From positions 10,230,001-10,294,000 of the forward strand of contig NC_043008.1 in NCBI RefSeq assembly GCF_006345805.1: DNA of 64,000 nucleotides, in the 5' to 3' direction. Below the pieces are notes generated by a model. The model searched no databases. It was not told the origin of the DNA and saw only the letters and a list, made by a program, of their open reading frames with translations. Within the stretch, counting starts at the first letter, position 1, and each line of letters opens with the position of its first letter. Positions 38,851 to 51,025 of this stretch are shown here, piece by piece. This stretch comes from Octopus sinensis (Eukaryota). Made by a program: the position numbers and the translations under genes.

Positions 38851-38876
38851 TGTATGTGTATGTATGCATGTATGTC
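37978..38876. repeat. Compound microsatellite (GAT)n ~400 bp + (TATG)n ~500 bp
   Basis: Direct reading; source of the spurious poly-H/D/M ORFs. Confidence 0.98.
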
Positions 38877-41800
38877 ATTAGTTAAGTTTAGGTAAGAGAT
38901 GAAACAATAGCCATACTATTTTGAAGCCAGTTCTCTCTGATGAAAGACAGAATTGTTGGAAAAAATAGGAAATTTTCAAAACGCAGTAGCAATCTGTAAC
39001 TCAGAATGTGTGTTTGCGAGTGTGCAAGTGTGCGTGTGTGTGTGTTGTACAATTTGCTGTTGCTAGCCTTCCATACTTATTTCTTTCTGTTAGTCTTTTA
39101 TCCACCCACGCACAGTCAAATATAACCACACAAACGTTAACTCTATGAAAATCTCGGCGCCCATTCAGTTTGGGCTTAACCAACCATTATTCATCTGTGA
39201 GATATAATTCTACAAGCCATCAGATTTACAGCTGAAACTGCCAAACAACATTCAGACTGGCCAATTTGCTTTATGTATACATTTACACCAAAGTAAAAAC
39301 CAATCTACTATAGATCAAGTTTGTTTCTATTTTGATTGGTTATAACAGACCAACTAGCAACCATCCCAAAGATTCTCTCCCAGAGCTTGTTTTGCAGTAG
39401 TATTTAAAAAGCTATGCTTAGAAATCAGCCTCCTGTGCAGAGTTTGAGCATTTCCTCTACCTACACCTTAGAACCATCATGGCATTTGAGGTGGCTTTTA
39501 AAACCAGGCAATGTTCTGAAAAGACACCCACATAGATTGCATATCTTATTTGAACCACCAAACTGATGTCTTGAAATGCATTGTTTAAAAACTGCTATGA
39601 AGAGAATTTGGCTGCTATTTCCTGCAAGGCGATTGACTGCTTAGATGTGCCTAAATTTTCTTTTTGCTTGTCTAGTAACTAGAAACTAGACATAAGTTTA
39701 TTTAATGTCATAATAAAATATTTTGATTACATTTATACTTGTACAGCCACCATTCACACACACACACACCATTATTACAATTACTTTTGAGTAACAATGG
39801 TTGGTTGATATGTGAAAAATGTTTTCAGATGATCTTTGTCATAAGAATAACTGATGTCAAAACAACTTCATTTTTCTTCTGTCGAAAGCAAACTAAACCC
39901 AGACATTTTAATAAAGAACTTGAACATTTTTCATTGATGTTTAGTCTCAGGTCAGCTTTACACAAACAAACCCATGATCAAAAGCATTCCAGCTGTAACT
40001 ATCTTATTTCTCTTCCTGGTGGGGTGGGGGTGGGGGTCAATATAGGAGTGTGTGATCCTATACGTCCATTCCTTATCTAAAGTATTAGGATTGTAATTAG
40101 AGGGTAACCTCTACTAATATATCTCACGTCAACATCAACAGCAATATCAAGATCAAATCAAATGGAAATTGTAGTTGTGAGCCCCGTGTCGATAGCATGT
40201 AGAAAGTACCATCCGGATGTGGCCGATGCCAGTGCCGCTTTGACTGGCTTCCATTCCGGTGGCACGTAAAAAGCATCATCCGATCGGGTTGATGCCATCT
40301 CTGGCCCCTGTGCCGGTGGCACGTAAAAAGCGCCATCTGATCATAGTTGATGCCATCTCTGGCCCCTGTGCTGGTGGCACGTAAAATGCACCCACTACAC
40401 TCTCAGAGTGGTTGGCGTTAGGAAGGGCATCCAGCTGTAGAAATACTGCCAGATCTGACTGGCCTGGTGCAGCCTTCGGGCTTCCCAGACCCCAGTTGAA
40501 CCGTCCAACCCATGCCAGCATGGAAAGCGGACGTTAAATGATAATGATGATGATGATGATGTAAGAAGATTGCTTCCCAACCATATAAATGTAATCATGG
40601 CGTTAGGAAGGTCATCCAGCTGTAGAAACACTGCCAGATCAGATTGGGGCCTGGTGTAATCTCCTGGCTTCCCAGACTCCAGTCGAACCATCCAAACCAT
40701 GCCAGCATGGAAAACGGACATTAAACGGACATGAGATTGTACTTGATTTTATTACCTCTTCTAAACAATTGCTTATCATCATCATCATCATCATTTAACT
40801 TCCGTTGTCCATGCTGGCATGAGTTGGACGGTTTGACCAAGACTGGTAAGCTGAGGGACTGCACCAGACTCCAGTCTTAATCTGCTTAATCTATTAGAAA
40901 TGCTACCCAGATTTCCCTTAAGTCAAGCTAGATGTTTTTTTTAAAGGAAGGACACATTTGATAGCCTGGTCTTAATACACTATACCTGAAAAAACAACAA
41001 GTAGGCTGTATGGTCAAGTCAAGGATGATTTTGATGAGAGCTCAAGAGCTATGAGAGAAAGTGTAGGCAGTGCAGCTGGATCACAGATTCATAGAAGGAA
41101 GTAGAATGCAAAACAAACTTTGTGTCTCCTTGACAAACTACTCTCAGCTAAAACACCATAATGTTATCTACAAAAAAAAAAAAAAAGAAAAAGAAAAAAA
41201 CTTGGTATAACTGAAAATTCACAAAATGAAAAGGACCTACTTTTCTTAGGGAGGAGTCTGGAAGTCTGGAATAAAAAGTTATAGCCCTTTGTTTTGGGAA
41301 GAGTAATGGCCTGTGGAGGGACCTTTGGCCTTGTGCCGGTCGAGAAGGGGTCAGAGAGATGTGAGGAAGAAGAAAGTAGTGAGGAAGACAGATTAAGGAA
41401 TCTGTGAGCTGTCGTGAGAGAGTGACAGCGACAGCGTCGATGAAGATAGGCACATAGGACCAAGCGGCGATAGAGAGAATATTAGAGCAGAGAGAGATTG
41501 AGGGTGGTGACAGAGCAAGAGGCCTTTAGCAGTCGGTATTTGGTCGTCAAAGCGAGCGGTTGGACTTAGGAGCGAGGATTTGGGATTCGGGGCAAGAGTT
41601 TGGCAAGTTGGAGTTAGCGGCACTGAGAGAGATGAGGTGCAATATGGGACACTGGCCATTCTAGTAGGAATTAAGGTACGTGAATTGTGTATTGATATGT
41701 GAAGAAAAAGAAGGAAAAAGAATCGATGTATCGAAATGTTGAAAAGAAATGAGACAGTGAAAAGAACAATGTGAATTGAGTAAAGGACTTGTTGATGTGT

Positions 41801-43096
41801 TGATTATCGAGTTGTGGTATTTATGTTCAGAATTATTGTGGAAAAGAAAGACTCTGATGTAGTCCTTAAAGACCTTAAAGAACTGTGAACGTTATTTGTT
41901 TTAATTGGATTTGAACATTGATTTGTAACGTGAATTATTTGTGACATGAACATTGTATACCTGTTTCTTGCATGTGTTTTCTTTAATTGCTGTTGTTATT
42001 GAACTTGATGTGTTGTTACCGGACAGTTTAAATGCTTTGATCTGTGGTATACCTGTATGATGTATTGAGTTGTTACTTGCATGTCCTCTTTTAAATGTAT
42101 CTGAAATGTATTTGTTGTTGTAACAATTGTAATAGTCATATAAACTAGTTGGTAAACGTGGCCAATTGCCTTGCCTCTTTGTGTCTCTCTCGATTGCCTC
42201 TGTGCTGCTGCTGCTGTTGTTGTTGTATCTCTCTCTCCTCTTCGAGTTTCCGTGGCGAAAACATTCGCTGATCGACCGGGTGACGGCAGGTGGTCCGCAA
42301 CAATATATATATATGTGTGTGTGTGTGTGTTTGTGCATCTGTGTTTGTTCCCCTAGCATTGCTTGACAACCAATGCTGGTGTGTTTATGTCCCCGTTACT
42401 TAGCGGTTCAGCAAAAAGAGACCGATAGAATAAGTACTGGGCTTACAAAAGAATAAGTCCCGGGGTCGAGTTGCTCGATTAAAGGCGGTGCTCCAGCATG
42501 GCCACAGTCAAATGACTGAAACAAGTAAAAGAGTAAAGGAATGAAAGTGATGAGAGATAATAGTTTCCTTATTCTCTTCAACTTCTTACCTTAATTTTGA
42601 TATATTCATCATGTTTGATTTTTTTTTTTTCATTTCTGAATGTTTGAAAATAATATGTTTACTCCAACACAATATGATCAGCTTTTTATTTCACTGAATG
42701 TTTAATATAGAAACCAACAGTTAAGGTTACAAGGGTATTTGAGGTTTTAAAACTACAAGTCGGGCCTCTTAAGTTTGATAACCTTGGGACCTGGCCTTTG
42801 TTGAATCACAGAAAAATACTGGAAAACAGAAATTGGTCCCTAACGAGATTCCCTATGTGAATATAGTCCTGCTATTTCGCTCTGAATATATACTAATTTC
42901 AAATTTTGACACAAGGCCAGCAATTTCGAGGGAGGGGATAAATGAATTACATCAACCCCTGTGCTCAACTGGTACTTATTTTATTGACCATGAAGGAGAT
43001 GGAAAGCAAAACTGACCTCAGCAGAATTTGAACTCAGAATGTAAAGATGGACAAAATGCTTAGCAGCATTTTGTCCCACATGCTTCTGATCTTAAA

Positions 43097-43621
43097 TGAT
43101 TGGAAGTGTTATCATGTACATTGTTTTGTCTTGGTATAAAAGATGGGCTATAGTAAATACTCTGCTCAATACCACAGATTTGCTTGTCAGTTGTTTGACC
43201 TTAACCAGTTGAGCATGTCCCTTAGTGGCTGACGATATGTGCATCTCTGATCACGAGCAGAAGTAGAGGGGGAGCATCATAGCCATGTGTTGAAAGGAAT
43301 TCTTGGAGGTTTGGATAATTCACCTTCGGAAACATGGGTGTTTTGTTCAACATCCTTAAACAACCCTTATTCAGGGACCTTTTGAGCAGGATGGGTTACT
43401 CAACCAGAAGAAAATTCTAACTGGGCCCCACCTGCAAGGTCATGTGCTGTTTATCTTGATATGAGGTCACCATGTCGCGCACATATGGTTGCGATGCATG
43501 TGCCTAGTGTACCCTTATCAGACGGGTAGTCATGATGGGTATACTGGGCTTCGTATATTTTACCCCAGTGTCACTTTGATGGCATGCACTGCTCTCTCAC
43601 TCAATAATAATAATAATAATA

Positions 43622-43659
<38 letters not shown>

Positions 43660-43665
43660 AATAAT
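43097..43665 (+). mobile_element. Family F repeat with (AAT)n(GAT)n tail
   Basis: Inverted homolog of 36838-37410. Confidence 0.75.
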
Positions 43666-44169
43666 TCGATGCCCCAGCATGGCAACAGTTCAATCACTGA
43701 ATTGAGTAAAAAAAAAAAAAAATGGATAATAGTTATGGGAATTTTTTAAAATTCAATGAAACAAAAGGTTCAGAAAAAATTCCTTGTCAACGACTAATTA
43801 TTTGGTTGAGTTTATTTTGGGAGGAAATAAAGGAAGACTTTGTGAAAAAAAAAAAAAGTAGGGGAAACAAAAGGAAATAAAACAAAGAGAAAATGAAAAT
43901 AAAACAAAGAGAATAATACTGTAAAAACAATAAAACAAAAGGCGTTGTCAAGTTTGTGTAATTAACAGAACAACGGAATTGCAGAATTATAGAATGATAA
44001 GTTCGGTGAAACCACATGGGAATAAAGAACGATGAGTGAGAGATATTCCAGAATGTGACATCACCTGGCATCAGCAGCAGCGGTAGCACCAGCAGGAGGG
44101 GGGAGGGGCTGAGGAATTTGTATTTGTTTCTTGCATTTTCTGCCTCACCACTCAGAGGAGAACAAGTGA

Positions 44170-44337
44170 TTTTCACTTTGCTTAGACATCGGGTTGTCGT
44201 TTCATTAATATCTCATTTATCGAACACCCCCCCAACACTATTTCATTACTATGTGAGAGGACAAGAAGGAAGTACTTAGTAGTTAAAAATAATAGTATTT
44301 ATTATTAACTAGTAAACTATTAAATAAAGGCGACGAG
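44170..44337 (+). promoter_or_regulatory. Probable non-coding first exon / promoter region of the unidentified gene
   Basis: Donor GAG|GTAAGG at 44338 pairs with the acceptor at 45196, in a unique CpG-retaining region. The start coordinate is a guess. Confidence 0.4.
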
Positions 44338-44911
44338 GTAAGGAAGTCTGCTTTGCTGATTTACGCATGTTTCTTTCTACATGGCGAGGCCCCCTTCTCT
44401 CTCTCTCTCTCTCTAACTAAGGTGCACCCACAACTTAGCAAGCAACTAAACTAAGTTTTATCTAGAAACGAAAGCTTAGTAAATTATCATAAATCGTGAT
44501 GAGGTACACATTATGTCTCTCTTCTTCTTCTTTTGACACACACAAACTAAAACAATAGAATTTAAATTTTTGACAAACATTAGATAATATAAGGCCTAAA
44601 GAAAATAGAGTCTTTTTTTTGTAAGATTATTTAATTTATTTAAATAAACTTCATGTTTACTAGATCTTTCTCTCTCTCCCCGTGTATGTATATGTGTGTG
44701 TATGTATGTATATATATATGAGTATATATATATATATATATATGGGTATATGGGGAGTGTTATTGGCCTAGAAAATATTACCATCCTTAGGACACTGATG
44801 ACTCAAGCCATTTTACCATTTACCAATTTTACCAATTTTACCAATTCCAAACGCAATTCGTTACGTCTGTATACTAATGTAAATCCATCTCTCTGTGTAT
44901 ATAAATTTTAA

Positions 44912-45013
<102 letters not shown>

Positions 45014-45203
45014 CATACATGTATTGCTTCGTAATTCGTATCGATCTGTTCAACACGTGATCGAACCAATATAGTAAACAATATGTTGACTTTTTCTTTC
45101 AGAAATGTGGGTGTATATAATAATGTATATTAATTCCGTAATGTCAATTTAGTTGTCATTTCCCAATTAATACTTTCTCCTTTGTTATCTCTACAGCTCT
45201 ACT

Positions 45204-45235
<32 letters not shown>

Positions 45236-45328
45236 CACACGCGCGACACTATACACACCCTCGTAGTGATCGTTGGTAGGTGACATTATAAAAAGAAGTC
45301 AGTGTACAACAGAAATCGTTTATTCAAA

Positions 45329-45697
45329 ATGATGACCGATGATAAATTCGTATCTGAATACCTGAGTGACGAACATCTGTCATCGGCAGACGAAAAGGAA
45401 GGTGAGTTTGTCGGTGCCACCCTAAGTTTGAAACCAACAAATTCAGGTTACATCGGAGTACACACCTACCATGGCAGCACCAACGACGTTACGGATGGTC
45501 ATCCGTTTATTAGAAACGAACAACATACACCGACCCCCATCGACAATCAAGCTATGGCCACTGACCCCAACCTCAACAGAAGTCGACCAGGAAGTACGTA
45601 CAGTCGAAGGAGTACTCTGAGTACGAGTAGCCGAACGTCCAAGAAACAGAACATTGTCCGGACGGATGAAGCATGCGATTTATTTTTTAGTTACAAG
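45329..45697 (+). CDS. First coding exon of an unidentified gene (123 aa, Ser/Thr/Arg-rich, probably disordered N-terminus MMTDDKFVSEYLSDE...EACDLFFSYK)
   Basis: Non-repetitive open frame, caaaATG start context, strong donor AAG|GTAAGG at 45698, strong upstream acceptor ttatctctacag at 45196. Confidence 0.75.
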
Positions 45698-48409
45698 GTA
45701 AGGCGATTTAAGATACCTGTCCACCACATATTCTTATGTTGTATTTCACGTTGACCTTATCTCCATGCCGCTCACATTCACTCACCTTTATTTATCACAG
45801 CATAATTACCCCACTTTTAAATTATTCATATAACAATACATATACCCTTGTTTCCTTTCTATCTCATTTTTTCTCATCTCATCTCATCTCAGTCATTTAT
45901 GCACGCCTACACATCCGCTTTCTTTTTTCTTTCAGTTACCTTTCCGTTACATTATAGAAGTGGTTACGTATTTATCAATATATCGATCCATTCAAAAGGG
46001 GGTCATGCGTTCGATAATAGGCGTGAAACCAAATATCTTAAGGATAGGGTAGCTGAAATGAGATGTTGTGGCATTAATGGTTTCCCCTCAGGTGAATAAA
46101 CGATGTAAATACTGTGAAAAGTCATAACCAGAAAAATACACATATATATATATATAAAGAAGGTGGTGCGGGTCCTTCGATCCGTCCTAAGTTTACTTTT
46201 ACTGAACATTACTGTTAATATATTATAATGTAATGATCTGAAATATTGCCATTGTAGCTGAAAGGTAAACAGAGGTGCTGAGGTATGCAATTATATATCA
46301 GTCTTAGAACTTAATTTCATTGATTCTATAACGAACAACCAGGAAGTAAAAACATAAAGGGGGCAATACTTTCCTTTTATTACACAGCAAACCGAGTGTT
46401 GAAGTTTCTAGCTGCATTTAGCTAGGTCTGCATTTATTTACACAGCAGAAGTTGTTCGCATGTGTTCTTACAGTAAAGTTTACCTCATGGAATTTTCGAA
46501 CGAGGGTGACTTGTCCTCTGTGACTCATCAACGACCACTACTACAACCGCCTTTGCTCATCTCAACCTGCCAGTCATAACATCGCTTCCACCCAAGCATC
46601 TCGTTGCACTCGCATTCCACATAATTTTTTTTTTTACGTCACTTCAGCCGTGACTCACCTGCCAGACCCGATGCCAAGCATTACTCGTTTGGCCAATCTT
46701 CGGTTACTGGGGGGAACCACCAGCTGAACGAGTATACAAGACAACCGCCATGTGTTACATCAGTGTCATTGGTAATTGGTTTCTGCAATAAATCAATACT
46801 GGTACTTCAGAAAATAAAACGCAAAAACCCAAATCCTACGTTGAAATTATTTCTAATCAAATGTTTCGTAAATGAATGAAATAAGATGAAGGCGAACCAA
46901 CGAAGGATCATCTTGGTGGTCGTTCTACCTGCTAGAAATCGCAGCCAAATTGCCCACAAACCACACCCTGCTATCTTAAGTAAGACTACGTTAGGTAATG
47001 TCTTACATACCACTAAAACTACAGGCTGGTCTCGGTTAGTATGATTTCGATTATAGATCTGTTCAACCAGGCTGACCTGATTAATCAACTACAACAAGCA
47101 GAATGCCAGATACTGTCGTGAAAATTATTACTTAGAAATATTGACTCATGGATTGACAAAATCGTTTGAACATTCGACTTTGGTGTTGTGGCCTTTAGTT
47201 TATGGACCTCTACATTCTTATTTCAAATCCTGCCAAAATTAATTTTACTTTTCATCCCTCTGAGTTACTATTTTGTTAACTCAGTACCAGTTAAATACTG
47301 GGGAGTTTGTGTAATATTTCTATAAAGCATCCTAGATGTAAATGGAATTATAATGAGCAGACATTGTATATAGGTCCATAACAGTGTTTAATTATGGTCT
47401 GAGTACAAATTCCATCAGGGTGAATTTTTTACCTTTCGTTCGTTTGAGATCATAGAGTATCATTCATATTTTAGATGATTCAAAGGACTATCTGTCCTCT
47501 ATAAGTTTGACCTTGTACACCAAAATGTGCGAAGTCATTTATTTTGTCTGTATGTAGTTTCACTGTATAAAAACTGACTACATCATCATCATCATCATCA
47601 TCGTTAAACGTCCGCTTTCCATGCTAGCATGTGTTGGACGATTTGACTGAGGTCTGGCGAACCAGACTCCAATCTGATCTGGCAGTGTTTCTACAGCTGG
47701 ATGCCCTTCCTAACGCTAACCACTCCAAGAGTGTAGTAGGTTCTTTTACGTGCCACCGGCACAAGGGCCAGTTAGGTGGTACTGGCAACGGCCACGCTCA
47801 AATGGTGCTTTTTATGTGCCATCTACACAGGAGCCAGTCCAGCAGCAACTGGCAACGACCTCACTCAAATGCTTTTTTCACACGCCACCAGCACAAGTGC
47901 TAGTAAGGTGACACAGGTAATGATCACGCACAAATGGTGTTTTTAATGTGCCATCGGCACGAAGGCCAGCTTGTTGCTATGGCAACAATCTCACTCGAAT
48001 GGTACTCTTAGCACTCCACTAGCAACGGATGCCAGTCACTGAGTTTGATTTCGATTTTACTTGTCTCAACAGGTCTTTGAAGTCCACACTTATAATATGG
48101 TTGGTGGCAGGAAGGGCAACCAGCCGTTAAAACCACAGGGAAACAAAGGACAAACATGTATGCACACTCTGTTGCTATATAAAGAAATACAATTTACTCT
48201 GTGAAAAGAATTGCTGAACAAGACTTATTGATCCTTTCTATGCAATGCACCTGAACATTGCATACAATAGGCTCGTTATTATTATTATTGTTTTTGCTTC
48301 TGGTTGTTAATGATAAAGACAATGATAATACCATTATACATAATAGAAGCAGTATTAAATTAAAATAGCCATCTATGCATCATACTTAATGTATATGCAT
48401 CGTTAAGAG

Positions 48410-48662
48410 CAGGGCTGATGCTAGGAATTGCAGGGCCCAATTTGAGAATTGTCAGTGGGGCCCTCCTCTCTACAAAAGCTGAAGATTGATGTTTCATGCT
48501 TCATATCCCAACCAAAAGGCATTGAGGGCTTGAGGCTTTAGCATCTTAGCCACAATGATATACCAAAAAGTCATCATAGCATCATCTGCTTGAGCATGAG
48601 CATGGAACACTCTCTTGGAATAGGGCTCAATTTGAATAAATCTGCTTTAAAACCGGCCCTTG
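48410..48662. mobile_element. hAT-like MITE
   Basis: Ends CAGGGCTG...CCGGCCCT(T)G; 8-bp flanks GTTAAGAG / GTTAACAG (7/8 match). Confidence 0.65.
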
Positions 48663-49104
48663 GTTAACAGGCGAGTTACAGTGGTATTTGTCTGAGGTGA
48701 CACCTCTTACGAATGTACTGTGTTTAAAAATAATATATATTAGAAGGAGATGATAAAGCATCCCTGCATCAGCTAGGAAGGACACCAGATGCAGGAAGAT
48801 GTGAGATGAAGTAGTGAATGTTGAGTCTCCTTGAGGAAATGGCAGAGAACCAAGAGGAATGGCAATAAGCTTTGCTTGAGAAGACTTGTTCATCTCAGCA
48901 AAATTGAGGTCCTGTCAAACACCCCCCTACAACTCCTCCTCTAACATCCGTCCCTCCATCAAGACTATAACACTGGGCCCATATGTTGAATTCTGTCAAA
49001 CCACCAGGAAAGTGGACATAAAAATCATAATGATAATGTGTGTGTGTATGTCATTTGTCCGCCATCTTCCAGCCCTTGTGCCTCTTGTCTTTGAAGGATC
49101 ATCA

Positions 49105-49830
49105 TCATCATCATCATCATCATTTAACGTCCGCTTTCCATGCTAGCATGGGTTGGACGGTTCAACTGGGGTCTGGGGAGCCCGAAGGCTGCACCAGGCC
49201 AGTCAGATCTGGCAGTGTTTCTACAGCTGGATGCCCTTCCTAACGCCAACCACTCCGAGAGTGTAGTGGGTGATTTTATGTGCCACCGACACAGGTGCCA
49301 GACGAGGCTGGTGAACGACCACACTCGGATGGTGTTTTTATGTGCCACCGACACAGGTGCCAGACGAGGCTGGCGAACGGCCACGCTCGGATGGTGTTTT
49401 TATGTGCCACCGACACAGGTGCCAGACGAGGCTGGCGAACGGCCACGCTCGGATGGTGTTTTTATGTGCCACCGACACAGGTGCCAGACAAGGCTAGCAG
49501 ACGACCACGCTCGGATGGTGTTTTTATGTGCCACCGACACAGGTGCCAGACAAGGCTAGCAGACGACCACGCTCGGATGGTGTTTTTTATGTGCCACCGA
49601 CACAGGAGCCAGATTAGGCTGGCGATCGGCCACGATCGGATGGTGATTGTTTCGTGCCCACAGCATGGAGGCCAGTCGGTGCGGTACTGGCTACGGCCAC
49701 ATTGGGAGAGGGGATATTACCTTGCTTGGGAACTGGTGAGAGTTGGTGACAGGAAGAGCACCCAACTGTTGAAAACCTGCCTCAGCAAATTCCATCTGAT
49801 ATATGCAACCATGAAAAAGTCAGTCTTAAA
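49105..49830 (-). mobile_element. Family C repeat (RTE-like 3' end with (GAT)n tail) containing a 62-bp internal tandem array
   Basis: catcatcatttaacgtccgctttccatgctagcatggg terminus; about 20 family copies in window (e.g. ~2745, 6340, 7612, 11062, 17690, 22537, 27353, 29645, 40170, 47580, 58563, 63375). Confidence 0.85.
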
Positions 49831-50645
49831 TGATGATGATGGTGTGTGTGCATGCATGCACATGTCCGTATGCGTGTTGTGTGCATGAGTAAAAAAAATT
49901 TAATATTTTTGCTTCAAAAATTCCTTAGTGTTAAACAAGCTAAAAAAAATCAAGAGATTATTTTTTCTTTATATTGATAATTTAGGTGCTAATGGGTTAA
50001 TGAAAGCATAATGTGTATTATAAATCATTTAATACTTGGTGAACAGCGGTGAGCTTGCAGAATTGTTAGCACACCGGGCGAAATGCTTAGCGGTATTTCG
50101 TCTGCCGCTATGTTCTGAGTTTAAATTCCGCTGAGGTTGACTGTGCCTTTCATCCTTTCTGGGTTGATTAATTAAGTACCAGTTACGCACTGGGGTCGAT
50201 GTAATTGACTTAATCTCTTTGTCTGTCCTTTGTCCCCCCTGTGTTTAGCCCCTCGTGGGCAATAAAGAAATAAGAATCAAAATGATGATTTGTATGTTTA
50301 TTCTTAATACATTCTGGCAGATTCAAGCCTAAATATGCTAATCACTATTTTGTTTCATCAAAGAACTTCTCCTTTACAACAAAGGTGTGTTCATAACACA
50401 ATTGATTCATTATCACAAGGGGATTCTGAGTCACCTGGTGTTTTAATTTTGTTGTACCTCATCAGCCAAAGGCACCCCAGGCTGATGACTCTAACAAGAG
50501 TTTGTGGCTGTGTGTTCAGGACTTATTCAAAAGATATTAGCAGTGTAACTGAATGAGAGAGTTTTAACCAGGAGTTGAAACCATGTTATACTTTTAATCT
50601 TATCTGTTACCCTACAAGACTTGGGGATTGAATTTTTGCTTTTAG

Positions 50646-50693
50646 ATGCCCTTTGAAACTGTGGCTGCAGCAGAGAAAGATATCTTCATTGTA
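50646..50693 (+). CDS. Probable next coding exon of the unidentified gene, MPFETVAAAEKDIFIV
   Basis: tttttgcttttag|48 nt open in phase 0|gtaagt; phase-compatible with the exon ending at 45697. Confidence 0.6.
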
Positions 50694-50953
50694 GTAAGTT
50701 TAATCTCTATCTCTGTGAATCATTGAAATGACATTCAGTAATCAATAAGCAAATATTGAATGTCATCCATTTAAGTTGTACAAAAACATTGATGTAAAAC
50801 GTGAAGTATATTTGCCACTTAAATGTGGCTAATTGCTAAGGGTGGATGCTACTGTAGCTTGTAGCCCCAGGAGAACATCTTCTCCAGCTGGCAATTGACA
50901 CACTTTCTGTGCCCTATCAGTATTTGCAAAGGGAAGCCATCCTTCCCATTATC

Positions 50954-51025
50954 GACCTGATGTGATACACATGGACCCGGGTTTCTGGGTATTTACCCAT
51001 CGTCAGTGCACGACAATCACCGGTC
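50954..51025 (-). ncRNA. Type-I hammerhead ribozyme-like motif with extended stem I
   Basis: Minus strand: CUGACGA-UGGGU AAAU ACCCA-GAAACCCGGGUC; perfect stem II, palindromic ACCCGGGU, GUC triplet; distal stem I GUGAU/AUCAC and GACC/GGUC; proximal stem I imperfect. Confidence 0.65.

Noticed and set aside
37913-38895. Long poly-His/Asp/Met and YIHT ORFs
   Set aside because: Pure microsatellite translation
44149-44189. Minus-strand first exon MSKQSENHLFSSE, and a 38-nt minus exon at 36521-36558
   Set aside because: No phase-consistent chain; joining them gives an early stop, and the acceptor is weak
45287-45303. TATAAAA plus TCAGT as a TATA/Inr promoter
   Set aside because: Spacing is ~14 nt rather than ~30, and the region lies downstream of a strong splice acceptor
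45670-45697. ACDLFFSYK resembling the P2X receptor N-terminal YxTxK region
   Set aside because: The next supported exon gives MPFET rather than T-x-K plus a transmembrane helix; the similarity is too short
49140-49888. Repeat array as CRISPR, or repetitive ORFs as protein
   Set aside because: Eukaryotic context; the units are contiguous with no unique spacers and lie inside a dispersed repeat
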